From NCBI GenBank assembly GCA_963743915.1, contig CAVURN010000001.1:384001-448000 (forward strand): a stretch of 64,000 bases of DNA. The letters are read 5' to 3'. The notes below the pieces were generated by a model, which was not told the DNA's origin, searched no databases, and saw only the letters and a list, made by a program, of their open reading frames with translations. Positions 1 to 11,752 of this stretch are shown here, one piece after another; the first letter of the stretch is position 1; each line of letters starts with the position of its first letter. Both the position numbers and the translations under genes were made by a program. This stretch comes from an uncultured Actinomycetota bacterium. GTDB taxonomy: Bacteria; Actinomycetota; Actinomycetes; JAHEKZ01.

Positions 1-2
1 TC

Positions 3-32
3 TGCCCTGACGTGTCCTGACCCTGCCCTGAC
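3..32. repeat. Three short direct repeats TG(C/T)CCTGAC with 10-11 bp period upstream of whiB
   Basis: tgccctgac 3-11, tgtcctgac 13-21, tgccctgac 24-32; may continue beyond the window edge. Confidence 0.5.
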
Positions 33-110
33 CTGCGACGATGCGCGTCGACCGGCGCCTGTCCACAGGCCGGGAAGGTCACGAAAGGCGGGTCAGTACC
101 AGATCAGGGG

Positions 111-140
111 TTGACAGGGGGGCAGCGACACCCCTGTAAT
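111..140 (+). promoter_or_regulatory. Housekeeping-sigma-type promoter of whiB with a GACAC (WhiA-type) motif in the spacer
   Basis: TTGACA 111-116, 18-bp spacer, TGTAAT 135-140; GACAC at 127-131. Confidence 0.55.
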
Positions 141-235
141 TCCACGCATGTCGTTCGGCCGGCCATGGCCGGGCGGCTCGGTCAAAGCCAGCGAGCGTCG
201 TCGATGACCGTCGGGGCGTGCAGGGTCGAGGAGGC

Positions 236-583
236 ATGGTGACCGAGGCAATCAACCTCATGGACACACAACTCGCAGGGTCCGGGTTCTCAGGACCTGG
301 ATTCGTCGGTTCCGAGCTCACCGCGCAGGAGTTCGACGACGAGCTCCTGGAGACGCAGGACGTCGAGCTCTCGTGGCAGGAGCGCGCGCTCTGCGCCCAG
401 ACCGACCCGGAGGCCTTCTTCCCGGAGAAGGGCGGGTCGACCCGGGAGGCCAAGAAGGTCTGCCTCGGGTGTGACGTTCGGGGTGAGTGCCTCGAGTACG
501 CGCTCGCGCACGACGAGCGGTTCGGCATCTGGGGCGGGCTCTCCGAGCGCGAGCGCCGCCGACTGAAGAAGGAAGCCGTCTAG
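236..583 (+). CDS. whiB: WhiB family Fe-S transcriptional regulator (WhiB/WhiB2 type)
   Basis: WQERALCAQTDPEAFFPEKGGSTREAKKVC..C..C, GIWGGLSERERR; ATG 236 preceded by GAGGAGG. Confidence 0.95.
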   Translation: MVTEAINLMDTQLAGSGFSGPGFVGSELTAQEFDDELLETQDVELSWQERALCAQTDPEAFFPEKGGSTREAKKVCLGCDVRGECLEYALAHDERFGIWGGLSERERRRLKKEAV

Positions 584-652
584 CTCACCGGCTCAGAGCC
601 GGACGCCCGCGACCGGCTTCGGTCGACCGCCCCGTAGGGTGGGCCGCCGACC

Positions 653-3600
653 ATGACCCAGGACGTCCCCTTCCGCGCGACGCCCGACGACCCCGGTGTC
701 GTCGCGGTGCTCGTCAGCCACGACGGGGCCGCCTTCCTCCCCCGCACCCTCGCCGCTCTCGCGGCGCTCGACCCCGCGCCCGACGCGGTGGTGGCGGTCG
801 ACACCGGGTCGGAGGACGCCTCGCTCGCCCTGCTGCAGGGGACCACCGTGATCGACCAGGTCGTGCGCCTGCCGCGCGAGACCGGTTTCGCCGCGGCCGT
901 CCACGCCGGGGCCGACAGCGCCCCGGACTCCGCCTGGCTCTGGGTGCTCCACGACGACAGCGCGCCCGAGCCGGGCTCGCTCGGGGTGCTGCTGCGCCAC
1001 GCTGAGGAACAGCCCTCGGTCGCGGTGTGGGGCCCGAAGGTGCTCGGCTGGGACGAGCCCAGGCGGCTGCTCGAGGTCGGCGTCAGCATCACACGTTCCG
1101 GTCGTCGGTACACCGGCCTCGAGGCGGGCGAGCAGGACCAGGGTCAGTACGAGGGCCAACGCGAGGTGCTCGCCGTCGGCAGCGCAGGCGCGCTCGTCCG
1201 GCGGGAGGTCTGGAGCGACCTCGGCGGGTTCGACCGGGTGCTCCGCTACTTCCGCGAGGACGTCGACTTCGGGTGGCGCGTGAACCTCGCGGGTCATCGC
1301 GTCGTCGTCGCCACTGACGCGGTGGTGCACCACGCCGAGGCGATGGCTCGTGGACGCCGGGCGGGTGCGGCCGGTGACGCCCACTCCATCGACCGGGTCA
1401 GCGCGCTGTACACGCTGCTGGCGAACGGGCGGTCGACGACGCTGGTGTTCCGGTGGCTGTGGCTGCTCCTCCAGACCCTCGTCCGCGCCCTCGGTTTCGT
1501 GCTCGGCAAGGCGCCGCGTGAGGCGGCCGCCGAGACCGGCGCGATCGGCGCGGTGCTGCTGCGCCCCCGACGCGTGCTGCGGGCGCGACGGGCGCGACGA
1601 CGCTGGCGGACGGTGGGCGCGCGGTCGCTGCGATCGCTGTTCCCGCCGCCGGGACAGCAGGTGCGGCACACGCTGGAGTCGGTGGCCAGCACCCTGACCG
1701 TCGAGGTCGACGTGTCACCGAGCGTCGAGAGCGGGCCGGTGGAGGAGGACCTCGACTCCTTCGTGTCGACCGGGTCCGGCCGCCTCCGGCGGCTCGTCCG
1801 CCGACCCGGCGTGCTGCTCTTCGCCGCTGTGGTGCTCGTCCAGCTGGTCGCCTGGCGCGGCCTGTTCCAGGGCGGCGTGCTGCACGGGGGCGCCCTGCTC
1901 CCTGTCCCCACCGGTGCCTCGGACCTGTGGCAGGCCTACACCGCCGCCTGGCACCCGGTCCAGCTGGGCAGCGACACCATGGCTCACCCGTCCACGGCGG
2001 TCCTGGCGCTGCTCGCCACCCTGCTGCTGGGCCACGGGACGTGGGTGGTCCCGACCCTGCTCGTGGTCGGCCCGGCCCTGGCCGGGGTGCTCGCCTACCA
2101 GGTCACTCGGTCGTTCGGGCTGTCGCAGCGCCTGCGGCTGTGGATCGGAGCCGCCTATGCGTTGAACCCGGTCCTGCTCGCGGCGACGGCACAAGGACGG
2201 TGGACCACGGTGCTCGTGGCGGTGCTGCTGCCGCTGCTCGCGGTGGCGGGGGCCAGGGCCCTGGGGGTCGCCGCGGCCGAGCCGTCGGGCCGGGCCGCCG
2301 CCGTTGCGGTCCTGCTGACCGCTGTCGTGGTCGCGCTCTCGCCGGCGCTGCTGGTCCCGCTCGCCGCCCTCCTCGTCCTGGCCGCGGCGCGAGCGCGCTC
2401 ACGCCGGGCTCGACGCAACGCCCTGGCGGTGCTGCTCGCCCCGCTCCTGCTGCTGCTGCCGTGGTGGCCAGCGGTGTTCTCCGACCCGACGGTGCTGCTG
2501 CTCGAGCCGGGCGTCCCCATGACCAGCGACAGTGAGCCGGCGTGGCAGGTGCTCTTCCTCGACCCCGGCGGGTGGTGGTCCGCACCCTGGTGGTTCGGCG
2601 CCGTCTTCGTGGTCCTCCTCGTCGCTGCGGTGCTGCGCGCCCAGCAGGTGCGCGCGGTGCGGGTCGGTCTCGCCGTGACCGCACTGGCCCTCACGTGGTC
2701 ACTCGTGCTCGAGGCGGTGACCGTGCAGCCGGACGTCGCGAGCGGACCCGTGCTGCCCTGGTCCGGGTCCACCCTGCTCGTGGCGCTGGCGGCCGGACTG
2801 GTCACCGCGGCGGTCGCCGCGAGGGGCAGCCGGGAGCGCGCACGGACCGCGGCCTTCAGCTGGCGGCAGCCGGCTCTCGCGATGGTGACGGCGCTGGCCC
2901 TGCTCAGCCCCGTGGTGTGGGGGGTCACCTGGCTGACCCGAGGTGCGGGTGACCCGATCGACCGAGGCACCGCCAACCCCTTGCCGGCCTTCGTCCGGGC
3001 GCAGTCGGCGCTTCCCGAGCAGATCCGCACCCTCGTGCTCCAGCCGGTCGACGGCCGGCTGGCCTACACGGTCCTGCGCAACCGCGACGCCCAGTGGGGT
3101 GACGTCGAGACGGCGCCCGCCGTCGCCGACCTGGACTCGTTCAGCACGGTGGTCTCCGACCTGGCCTCCGGACGCGGCAGCGCGCCGGTCGACGAGCTGG
3201 CCACCCACGCCGTCCAGTTCGTCCTCGCCATGGCCCCCGTCGACCCCGACCTCGAGGTGGCCCTCGACTCGGCGCCGGGCCTGCTGCGGATCGCGAACCC
3301 GGGGGAGTCCTCCCTGTGGCGCGTGCAGATCCCGACGGGACGGATCCGGGTGCTCGCCGACGAGGTGCGCACGGTGGTGGCCTCGGAGGTTCCGGGTGAT
3401 CCGGCAGCAGCGCAGGCCGAGCTCCCGGTCGGGACCACCGACCGCATGCTCGAGCTGGCCGAGCTGGCCGACGACGGCTGGCAGGGGGTCGAGAGCACCG
3501 ACGGCGTCGAGCGTGCCCTGTCGCCGCGCGCCACCGGTGAGCTCCAGCGGTTCACCGTCTCCGCCGACGCCGGCACCGTCACGCTCCAGGTCGAGGACGC

Positions 3601-3700
3601 GCCGCGCACCTGGATGCTCTGGGCGCAGCTGGTGCTGGTGCTGGTCGCCGTCGTGGTCGCCCTGCCCGGCCGGTCGCGCGTCGAGGAGGACGTCGTATGA
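653..3700 (+). CDS. Glycosyltransferase family 2 fused to a large multi-TM domain
   Basis: VDTGS, LHDD, EDVDFGWR GT2 motifs followed by many hydrophobic helices; usual position after whiB. Confidence 0.85.
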   Translation: MTQDVPFRATPDDPGVVAVLVSHDGAAFLPRTLAALAALDPAPDAVVAVDTGSEDASLALLQGTTVIDQVVRLPRETGFAAAVHAGADSAPDSAWLWVLHDDSAPEPGSLGVLLRHAEEQPSVAVWGPKVLGWDEPRRLLEVGVSITRSGRRYTGLEAGEQDQGQYEGQREVLAVGSAGALVRREVWSDLGGFDRVLRYFREDVDFGWRVNLAGHRVVVATDAVVHHAEAMARGRRAGAAGDAHSIDRVSALYTLLANGRSTTLVFRWLWLLLQTLVRALGFVLGKAPREAAAETGAIGAVLLRPRRVLRARRARRRWRTVGARSLRSLFPPPGQQVRHTLESVASTLTVEVDVSPSVESGPVEEDLDSFVSTGSGRLRRLVRRPGVLLFAAVVLVQLVAWRGLFQGGVLHGGALLPVPTGASDLWQAYTAAWHPVQLGSDTMAHPSTAVLALLATLLLGHGTWVVPTLLVVGPALAGVLAYQVTRSFGLSQRLRLWIGAAYALNPVLLAATAQGRWTTVLVAVLLPLLAVAGARALGVAAAEPSGRAAAVAVLLTAVVVALSPALLVPLAALLVLAAARARSRRARRNALAVLLAPLLLLLPWWPAVFSDPTVLLLEPGVPMTSDSEPAWQVLFLDPGGWWSAPWWFGAVFVVLLVAAVLRAQQVRAVRVGLAVTALALTWSLVLEAVTVQPDVASGPVLPWSGSTLLVALAAGLVTAAVAARGSRERARTAAFSWRQPALAMVTALALLSPVVWGVTWLTRGAGDPIDRGTANPLPAFVRAQSALPEQIRTLVLQPVDGRLAYTVLRNRDAQWGDVETAPAVADLDSFSTVVSDLASGRGSAPVDELATHAVQFVLAMAPVDPDLEVALDSAPGLLRIANPGESSLWRVQIPTGRIRVLADEVRTVVASEVPGDPAAAQAELPVGTTDRMLELAELADDGWQGVESTDGVERALSPRATGELQRFTVSADAGTVTLQVEDAPRTWMLWAQLVLVLVAVVVALPGRSRVEEDVV

Positions 3701-5211
3701 CGCGGGCTGTGCCGTTGTGGCGGCGGCCGGGGTTCCAGGCCGTCGGTGCCCTTCTCGTGCTGGTCGGCGCCGGCCTCGCGGCGACGAGTCTGGCCGCCGA
3801 TCGCGGGGCACCCGAGCCGACCACCCCGGTGGTCGTCCCCGTCAGTGAGACCGTCGTCGCCTGTCCGGGTCTGCGGTCCCGCGAAGGATTCACCGAGTCG
3901 ACGGTCGCGGCGGCCACGCCACCGGAGGTCCCCGGTGTCGACGCCGCGGCTCTGGGCAGCGGGGTGGTCCGGACCCTCTCGCCGCGCGAGTCGCAGGAGA
4001 AGACCCTGATCAGCCTCCGTGAGCCTGGGGACCGCGGCATCTACGTGGGGCGCAACGGGGAGCGCGACTCGGTCACCGGCGCCGCAACCGGCTCACTGGC
4101 CCCCGGTTTCTCCGTGACCCAGACCGAACGCACGGTGGACGGTCAGGGCCGGGGGCTCGCCGCCACGCAGTGCCAGCCGACGAGCACCGACTTCTGGTTC
4201 GTCGGTCCGGCCTCCGACGTCGGGCAGCGGGCGGTCCTGGTGCTCACCAACCCGGAAGCGGCGACGGCGATCGTCGACGTCACGCTGCACGGCCGGCGCG
4301 GACTCGTGGACGCCCCGGGTGCGCGCGGCGTCCAGGTCGAGCCACGCACGAGCGTCGAGCTGCGGCTCGACGAGGTCGCCCCCGGCGAGAAGGTGCTGGC
4401 GGTCCACGTGCAGGTGCGGGTGGGTCGGCTCTCGGCCGCGATCACCGAGACCGACGTCTTCGGCTTCGATCCGAAGGGCACCGACTGGTTCCCCGCGGCG
4501 CAGCCTCCGGACGTCACCCAGGTGGTCCCAGGGGTGCCGGGCGTGCGTGAGGGCCGCGCGTCCGACGTCCGGCTCGACCTGGTGGCCCCGGGCGAGGCGG
4601 CGGTGGTGACGCTGTCGATCGTCACCCCCGAGGGCTCGTTCGCCCCGCAGGGTGCCGACGTCGTCGACGTCCCCGCCGGCGGGGTGGCGTCGGTCGACCT
4701 GACCAAGGCGCTCCGCGGGGAGCCGGCAGCGATCGTCATCAGCTCCGACGCACCCGTCACGGCCGGGGCCCGTGTCGAGCTGAGGAACCCCGACATCTAC
4801 GGTGACCTGCTCTTCCTCGCCGCCGCCGCTCCCCTGGACGCCCCGGCGGTCGTCCCGGACAACCGCACCAGCGAGGACCTCACCACCCGGCTCATCCTGT
4901 CCGCGCCGGAGGGCGCGACGTCCGCCTCCGTGACCGGCTTCGCGCAGGGCCGCGACTGGAACGCCGGACGGGTCGATCTCGCCGCGGGCACCACCGACGG
5001 CCTGGCCATCGACCCGCCCAAGAGCCAGGGCGGCCGACCGATCGAGTCGTTCGGTCTGATCGTGACGCCGCACGGGGACGAGCCGCTCTACGTCGTCCGG
5101 ATGCTCGACGAGGAGGGTCCGCGTGGCCCGTTGGTCACCTCCTTCCCGCTGAGAACCGCGCGTCTGCAGGTCGAGGTGCCCGAGGCGTACCCCGACGTCG
5201 CCGCCGGGTAG
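3697..5211 (+). CDS. DUF5719-like secreted/membrane-anchored protein
   Basis: N-terminal TM/signal, ACPG, WFVG, LTNP motifs; ATGA overlap with the GT2 gene. Confidence 0.75.
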   Translation: MTRAVPLWRRPGFQAVGALLVLVGAGLAATSLAADRGAPEPTTPVVVPVSETVVACPGLRSREGFTESTVAAATPPEVPGVDAAALGSGVVRTLSPRESQEKTLISLREPGDRGIYVGRNGERDSVTGAATGSLAPGFSVTQTERTVDGQGRGLAATQCQPTSTDFWFVGPASDVGQRAVLVLTNPEAATAIVDVTLHGRRGLVDAPGARGVQVEPRTSVELRLDEVAPGEKVLAVHVQVRVGRLSAAITETDVFGFDPKGTDWFPAAQPPDVTQVVPGVPGVREGRASDVRLDLVAPGEAAVVTLSIVTPEGSFAPQGADVVDVPAGGVASVDLTKALRGEPAAIVISSDAPVTAGARVELRNPDIYGDLLFLAAAAPLDAPAVVPDNRTSEDLTTRLILSAPEGATSASVTGFAQGRDWNAGRVDLAAGTTDGLAIDPPKSQGGRPIESFGLIVTPHGDEPLYVVRMLDEEGPRGPLVTSFPLRTARLQVEVPEAYPDVAAG

Positions 5212-5215
5212 CTCG

Positions 5216-5668
5216 CTACCAGCCGTCGGGGTCGAGGTCGTCAGGATCCGTGCCGGTGGCCTCGGCCACCTGCGCCGCGAGGGTCTGACGCACGAGCGTC
5301 CGCAGCGCCGACGGCTGGTCGGCCCACAGCAGCAGCGGCCGGGCGTACAGCACCACCACCAGGGCGACCGCGTTCGGCGCGTCGGCGGCCGCGCCCGCCC
5401 ACTCGTGGGTGCCGAGGAGGGCGCCTGCGGCGACGTCGTCCGGCCCGGTCCGCGCGACCACCTCGGGCGGGGGCAGCTCACGGATCTCGACGGTGAACGG
5501 GGGGAGCGTCGGTGCCCGTGCCGTCAGCCGGTCGACGGCCCGGTCGACCTCGACGCCGAGCCGGTCACGCGGCACCAGCGCCCCCGGAAAGGCGCCGGCG
5601 GCCACGCGCAGCGGCCGTCCATGGCGATGACGCCGCAACCGTCGGTGCGGAGGACGGCGGTCGGTCAT
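5216..5668 (-). CDS. Zincin-like metallopeptidase-family protein (degenerate)
   Basis: RRHRHGRPLR N-terminus, VVLYARPL, QVAEATGTDPDDLDPD C-terminus; usual position before DUF3499; no HExxH visible. Confidence 0.6.
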   Translation of the reverse strand: MTDRRPPHRRLRRHRHGRPLRVAAGAFPGALVPRDRLGVEVDRAVDRLTARAPTLPPFTVEIRELPPPEVVARTGPDDVAAGALLGTHEWAGAAADAPNAVALVVVLYARPLLLWADQPSALRTLVRQTLAAQVAEATGTDPDDLDPDGW

Positions 5669-5760
5669 GGCGCCAGGGTAGGCGGCGACACGTCGGCCCT
5701 CGTGCGTCAAATGCCCCGATCCGTCGCGAGCTGCGGGTACCGTCGCGCAGCGTGAGCCCC

Positions 5761-6120
5761 ATGAGGCGCTGCTCGCGCACCGCGTGCAACCGCGCCGCCG
5801 TCGCGACGCTCACGTACGTCTACGCGGACTCGACAGCGGTGCTCGGTCCCCTCGCGACCTACGCGGAGCCGCACTGCTACGACCTGTGCGAGGTCCACGG
5901 GGAGCGGCTCACCGCCCCTCGGGGCTGGGAGATCGTCCGGCTGGCTCCTGATCCGGCTCTGCTCGGCCCCAGCAGCGACGACCTCGAGGCGCTGGCCGAC
6001 GCGGTCCGCGAGGCGGGTCGCCCGACCGGGCCGGAGCCCTCGACCCCGCCCCCCGCACCCGAGCACGGACGGCGGGGCCATCTCTGGGTGCTGCCGCCCC
6101 TGCAGGACACCGAGGTGTGA
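5761..6120 (+). CDS. DUF3499 domain protein
   Basis: MRRCSRTAC..AVATLTYVYADSTAVLGPLA..EPHCYDLC..H..RLTAPRGWE. Confidence 0.9.
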   Translation: MRRCSRTACNRAAVATLTYVYADSTAVLGPLATYAEPHCYDLCEVHGERLTAPRGWEIVRLAPDPALLGPSSDDLEALADAVREAGRPTGPEPSTPPPAPEHGRRGHLWVLPPLQDTEV

Positions 6121-6268
6121 GGCTGTCCGTTTAGACCCTTTATTACCTTTGGGGATTTACGTCCTTTACGTCCCGTAATTCAAGGCCTCCGCGCCCTCGG
6201 GCCGATAGGTGGGGAGTCGGCTCGACCGGCGGCGGTCCTGCGGAGGGCCGCGACACCGAGGAGGAACC

Positions 6269-6526
6269 ATGGCCCGCAGCGCCACCCCTGCCCTGAACGT
6301 CCCGCTCGGCTCGCTCACCCAGGCCGGCGCCCGCGCCGACGTGGTCTGCGCCGAGTGCAGCAGCGACCGGGTGACCCACCTGGCGATGACCCTCACCGAC
6401 GGCACACCGGTGGAGTTCGTCTCGTGCCACCGGTGCGAGCACAAGACGTGGGTCGACGCCAGCGGCGTGCAGCACCGCGAGATGCCGGTGGCGACCGTCC
6501 TCGACAAGACGCGCAAGGAGCGCTGA
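6269..6526 (+). CDS. Small Zn-ribbon hypothetical protein (85 aa)
   Basis: CxxC...CxxC (CAEC, CHRC); GAGGAGG RBS before ATG 6269. Confidence 0.75.
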   Translation: MARSATPALNVPLGSLTQAGARADVVCAECSSDRVTHLAMTLTDGTPVEFVSCHRCEHKTWVDASGVQHREMPVATVLDKTRKER

Positions 6527-6552
6527 ACCCGCGCTCGATAGGCTCACCCGTC

Positions 6553-7962
6553 GTGACCCACGACCGCCACGACGAGCAGCTATCCGTCGACCCCGCCACG
6601 CTCGCCGCCATCGTCAAGGCCTACGACATCCGCGGGGTGGTGCCCGACCAGCTCGATGCCGGTCTCTGCCGCGCCGTGGGCAATGCGTTCGTCCAGGTGC
6701 TCGCTGCCGAGGGTGCGGTTCCCGGCGTCGTGGTCGGCTACGACATGCGACCGAGCTCGCCGGCGCTTGCGGAGGCGTTCGCTGCAGGCGCAGCAGCGGC
6801 CGGCGTCGACGTCACCGTCATCGGCCTGGCCAGCACCGACGAGCTCTACTGTGCCTCCGGCCTGCTGGGGCTCCCGGGAGCGATGTTCACCGCGAGCCAC
6901 AACCCCGCGCAGTACAACGGGATCAAGCTCTGCCGTGCCCATGCCGCGCCGGTCGGGCAGGACACCGGACTGGGCCAGATCCGGGAGGCCGTGGCCGGCG
7001 GAACGTACGTCACCGCCGCTGCCCCCGGACGTGTGGTGCATCGCGACATGCTGACCGAGTACGTCGCCCACCTGCGGTCGCTGGTCGACCTCAGCGCGAT
7101 CCGACCGCTGACGGTGGTGGTCGACGCAGGCAACGGCATGGCCGGCCTCACCGCTCCCGCGGTGTTCGAGGGCCTGCCGCTCACCGTCGTGCCGCTCTAC
7201 TTCGAGCTCGACGGCACGTTCCCCAACCACGAGGCCAACCCGATCGAGCCCGAGAACCTGCGTGACCTGCAGGCGGCGGTGCGTGAGCACGGAGCCGATC
7301 TCGGGCTGGCGTTCGACGGTGACGCGGACCGCTGCTTCGTCGTCGACGAGAAGGGCGACGTGGTGTCACCCAGCGTGCTGACCGCGTTGATCGCCGATCG
7401 CGAGCTGGCCCGGGTCCCTGGCAGCACGGTGATCCACAACCTGATCACCAGTCGTGTGGTGCCCGAGGTCGTCGCCGAAGCAGGAGGTACCGCGGTGCGC
7501 ACCCGGGTGGGCCACTCGTTCATCAAGGCCGTCATGGCCGAGACCGGAGCGGTGTTCGGCGGCGAGCACTCCGGCCACTTCTACTTCCGCGACTTCTGGC
7601 GCGCCGACTCCGGCATGCTCGCCGCCCTGCACGTGCTCGCGGCCAGAGGTGCAGGCGATGTACCACTCTCCGACCTGCTGGCGCGGTACGACCGCTATGT
7701 GGCGAGCGGGGAGATCAACTCGACCGTGACGGACCAGGCGGCGACCACGGCGGCGATCAAGGCGAGCTGGGGAGCGCGTCCGGGTGTGACGCTCGACGAG
7801 ATGGACGGCCTGACGGTGGCTGCGGACTCCTGGTGGTTCAACGTGCGGCCCAGCAACACCGAGCCGCTGCTTCGGCTGAACGTCGAGGCGCGCGACGAGG
7901 CGACGTTGACGTCGGTGCGCGACGAGGTGCTCGCGCAGATCCGCGGGGCAGGGGTGGCGTGA
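6553..7962 (+). CDS. manB: Phosphomannomutase/phosphoglucomutase
   Basis: KAYDIRG, TASHNP phosphoserine loop, FDGDADR, GEHSGH, RPSNTEP. Confidence 0.93.
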   Translation: MTHDRHDEQLSVDPATLAAIVKAYDIRGVVPDQLDAGLCRAVGNAFVQVLAAEGAVPGVVVGYDMRPSSPALAEAFAAGAAAAGVDVTVIGLASTDELYCASGLLGLPGAMFTASHNPAQYNGIKLCRAHAAPVGQDTGLGQIREAVAGGTYVTAAAPGRVVHRDMLTEYVAHLRSLVDLSAIRPLTVVVDAGNGMAGLTAPAVFEGLPLTVVPLYFELDGTFPNHEANPIEPENLRDLQAAVREHGADLGLAFDGDADRCFVVDEKGDVVSPSVLTALIADRELARVPGSTVIHNLITSRVVPEVVAEAGGTAVRTRVGHSFIKAVMAETGAVFGGEHSGHFYFRDFWRADSGMLAALHVLAARGAGDVPLSDLLARYDRYVASGEINSTVTDQAATTAAIKASWGARPGVTLDEMDGLTVAADSWWFNVRPSNTEPLLRLNVEARDEATLTSVRDEVLAQIRGAGVA

Positions 7963-8192
7963 TGGACCAGCACCCTGCGCTCGACCCGGTGCTGCTGGAG
8001 ATCCTGGTGTGCCCTGCCTGCCACGGAGCGTTGGCGGCCGAGCCGGACGCCCGCGATCCGCACACCCTGAGGTGCATGTCCACCGGCTGTGGGCTCGTCT
8101 ACCCCGTGCGCGACGGCATCCCGGTGATGCTCGTCGACGAAGCGGTCGGCGGGTCTGCTCCCGGGAGCGGGGATCACGGTGACGACCACTGA
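7962..8192 (+). CDS. Trm112 family protein
   Basis: [25 protein letters not shown]. Confidence 0.9.
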   Translation: MDQHPALDPVLLEILVCPACHGALAAEPDARDPHTLRCMSTGCGLVYPVRDGIPVMLVDEAVGGSAPGSGDHGDDH

Positions 8193-9289
8193 CCCAGTGG
8201 CCGCGCGGGTGTCGCTCGACGACGCCGCGGCCCTCACGGCTGCCGACCCCGAGGACATGCTCGGGGCCGTGGCGTCGGCCGGCTCCCAGGTCCGCCAGGC
8301 CCTGGTCGCCAGCGAGCGCTCCTCGATCGGCGGGCTGCAGGACCGCGGGCGGCCACGAGCGGTGGTCGTCACCGGCATGGGTGGCTCCGGCATCGCGGGC
8401 CACGTCCTGCAGGCGGCGGCGGGTCCGGAGTGCCCGGTCCCCGTCGAACGTGTCCGCGGCTGGACGCTGCCGGCCTGGGTCGGTGAGGACGACCTGGTGA
8501 TCGCGGTGTCGAGCTCAGGACGCACGGCGGAGACGCTCGCCTGCACCCGGGCCGCGCTGGAGCGACGTGCCCGCACCGTGGTCGTCGCGGCCGAGGGCTC
8601 GCCGCTCGTCGAGCTGGCCGACGCCGCTCACGTGCCGTGGGTGCCGGTGCCGAACGGCAGGCCTCCGCGCGCGAACCTCTGGGCCCTGTCGGTGCCGCTG
8701 CTGGTCGCGGCGCACACGCTCGGCATCGTCGACGCCGACCCCGAGCACCTGCAGACGGTGGCCGGTCTCCTGGACGAGATCGCGGACGCCTGTGCGGCGA
8801 GCAGGCCCACTGCCGACAACCCGGCGAAGACGCTGGCGGCCGAGCTCGCCGGCAGCCTGCCGATGGTGTGGGGCAGCAGCGACCTCGCAGGCATCGCCGC
8901 CTACCGCCTGTTGTGCCAGCTCGCCGAGAACGCCAAGTACCCCTCGGTCAACGGCGTGCTTCCCGAGGCGCTGCACAACCAGGTCGTCACCTTCACGGCG
9001 CCGACCGCGTCCGGGCTGCCCATCCGCCTCGTCCTGCTGCGCGACACCGTCGAGCACCCTCGGGTGGCGGCGGCACGTGAGGAGGTCGAGAGGCTGGCGC
9101 AGCGAGTCGGGGGTGGCGGTCAGCCGGATCGAGGCGTCGGGCACGCACCCGCTCGAGCGAATGGCGACGCTCTGCGCGATCGGCGACTTCGCGAGCGTCT
9201 ACCTCGCGCTGGCGATCGGTGTCGATCCCACGCCGATCGCTCCCATCGCGCTGCTCAAGCAGCGCCTGTTGGCCCGGGACGACGGGTGA
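8179..9289 (+). CDS. SIS-domain bifunctional phosphoglucose/phosphomannose isomerase-like protein; apparent +1 frameshift near 9100
   Basis: [28 protein letters not shown]; C-terminus ([18 protein letters not shown]) continues in another frame to TGA 9289. Confidence 0.8.
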
Positions 9290-10212
9290 GCGCCGAAGGC
9301 GGCACCAAGGCGATCGTCGCCGCGCTGCTCGCCAACCTCGGGATCGCGGTCACCAAGTTCGTCGCGTACCTCGTGTCGGGGTCATCGTCGATGCTCGCCG
9401 AGTCGGTGCACTCCCTGGCCGACTCCGGCAACCAGGTGCTGCTGCTCGTCGGCGGTCGTCGGGCCGCGCGGGCGGCGACGCCGCAGCATCCGTTCGGCTA
9501 CGGGCGCGAGCGCTACGTCTACGCCTTCGTCGTCTCGATCGTGCTCTTCAGCGTGGGTGGCGTGTTCTCGGTGTACGAGGGCGTGCACAAGATTCAGCAC
9601 CCCGAGGAGCTGACGAACATCGCCGTGCCGATCGTGGTCCTGCTCCTCGCGATCGTCATGGAGTCGTTCTCGCTCCGCACCGCGGTCGTCGAGTCGAACA
9701 AGGTGCGCGGAGGACAGTCGTGGGTGCAGTTCGTCCGCCGCGCCAAGGCTCCCGAGCTCCCCGTCGTCCTGCTCGAGGACCTCGCCGCGCTGCTCGGGCT
9801 CATGCTCGCGCTCGTGGGCGTCGGTCTCGCGGGCATCACCGGCGACGCGGTGTGGGACGGCATCGGCACGATCGCGATCGGCGTCCTGCTGGTGGTGATC
9901 GCGTTGATGCTCGGGGTCGAGACCAAGAGCCTGCTGCTCGGCGAGGGAGGCTCGCCTGCCGACGTGGCAGCGATCCACGCGGCGATCGTGGCCGGCGAGC
10001 GCGATCGAGCGGGTCATCCACATGAAGACGCTCTACCTGGGACCGGACGAGCTGCTGGTGGCCGCCAAGGTCGCGGTCGCCGAGGGGACCGATGCCGAGG
10101 ACGTGGTCGCCGCGATCAACGCGGCGGAGGAGCGGATCCGGCGACGCGGTGCCCGTCGCACGGGTCGATCTACCTCGAGCCCGACCTCTACGACGCCGCG
10201 CGGGCATCCTGA
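9286..10212 (+). CDS. Cation diffusion facilitator family transporter; three apparent +1 insertions (about 10000, 10141, 10167)
   Basis: [43 protein letters not shown]; C-terminal IHMKTLYLGPDELLVAAK and IYLEPD lie in different frames. Confidence 0.85.
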   Translation: MSAEGGTKAIVAALLANLGIAVTKFVAYLVSGSSSMLAESVHSLADSGNQVLLLVGGRRAARAATPQHPFGYGRERYVYAFVVSIVLFSVGGVFSVYEGVHKIQHPEELTNIAVPIVVLLLAIVMESFSLRTAVVESNKVRGGQSWVQFVRRAKAPELPVVLLEDLAALLGLMLALVGVGLAGITGDAVWDGIGTIAIGVLLVVIALMLGVETKSLLLGEGGSPADVAAIHAAIVAGERDRAGHPHEDALPGTGRAAGGRQGRGRRGDRCRGRGRRDQRGGGADPATRCPSHGSIYLEPDLYDAARAS

Positions 10213-11730
<1,518 letters not shown>

Positions 11731-11752
11731 CCACCCGAGGGCGAGGTCGGCG

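Noticed and set aside
8179-10212. 677-aa ORF that looks like a sugar isomerase-CDF transporter fusion
   Set aside because: Produced by the +1 frameshift near 9100. The SIS C-terminus and its stop (9289) are in another frame, and the CDF has its own GTG at 9286.
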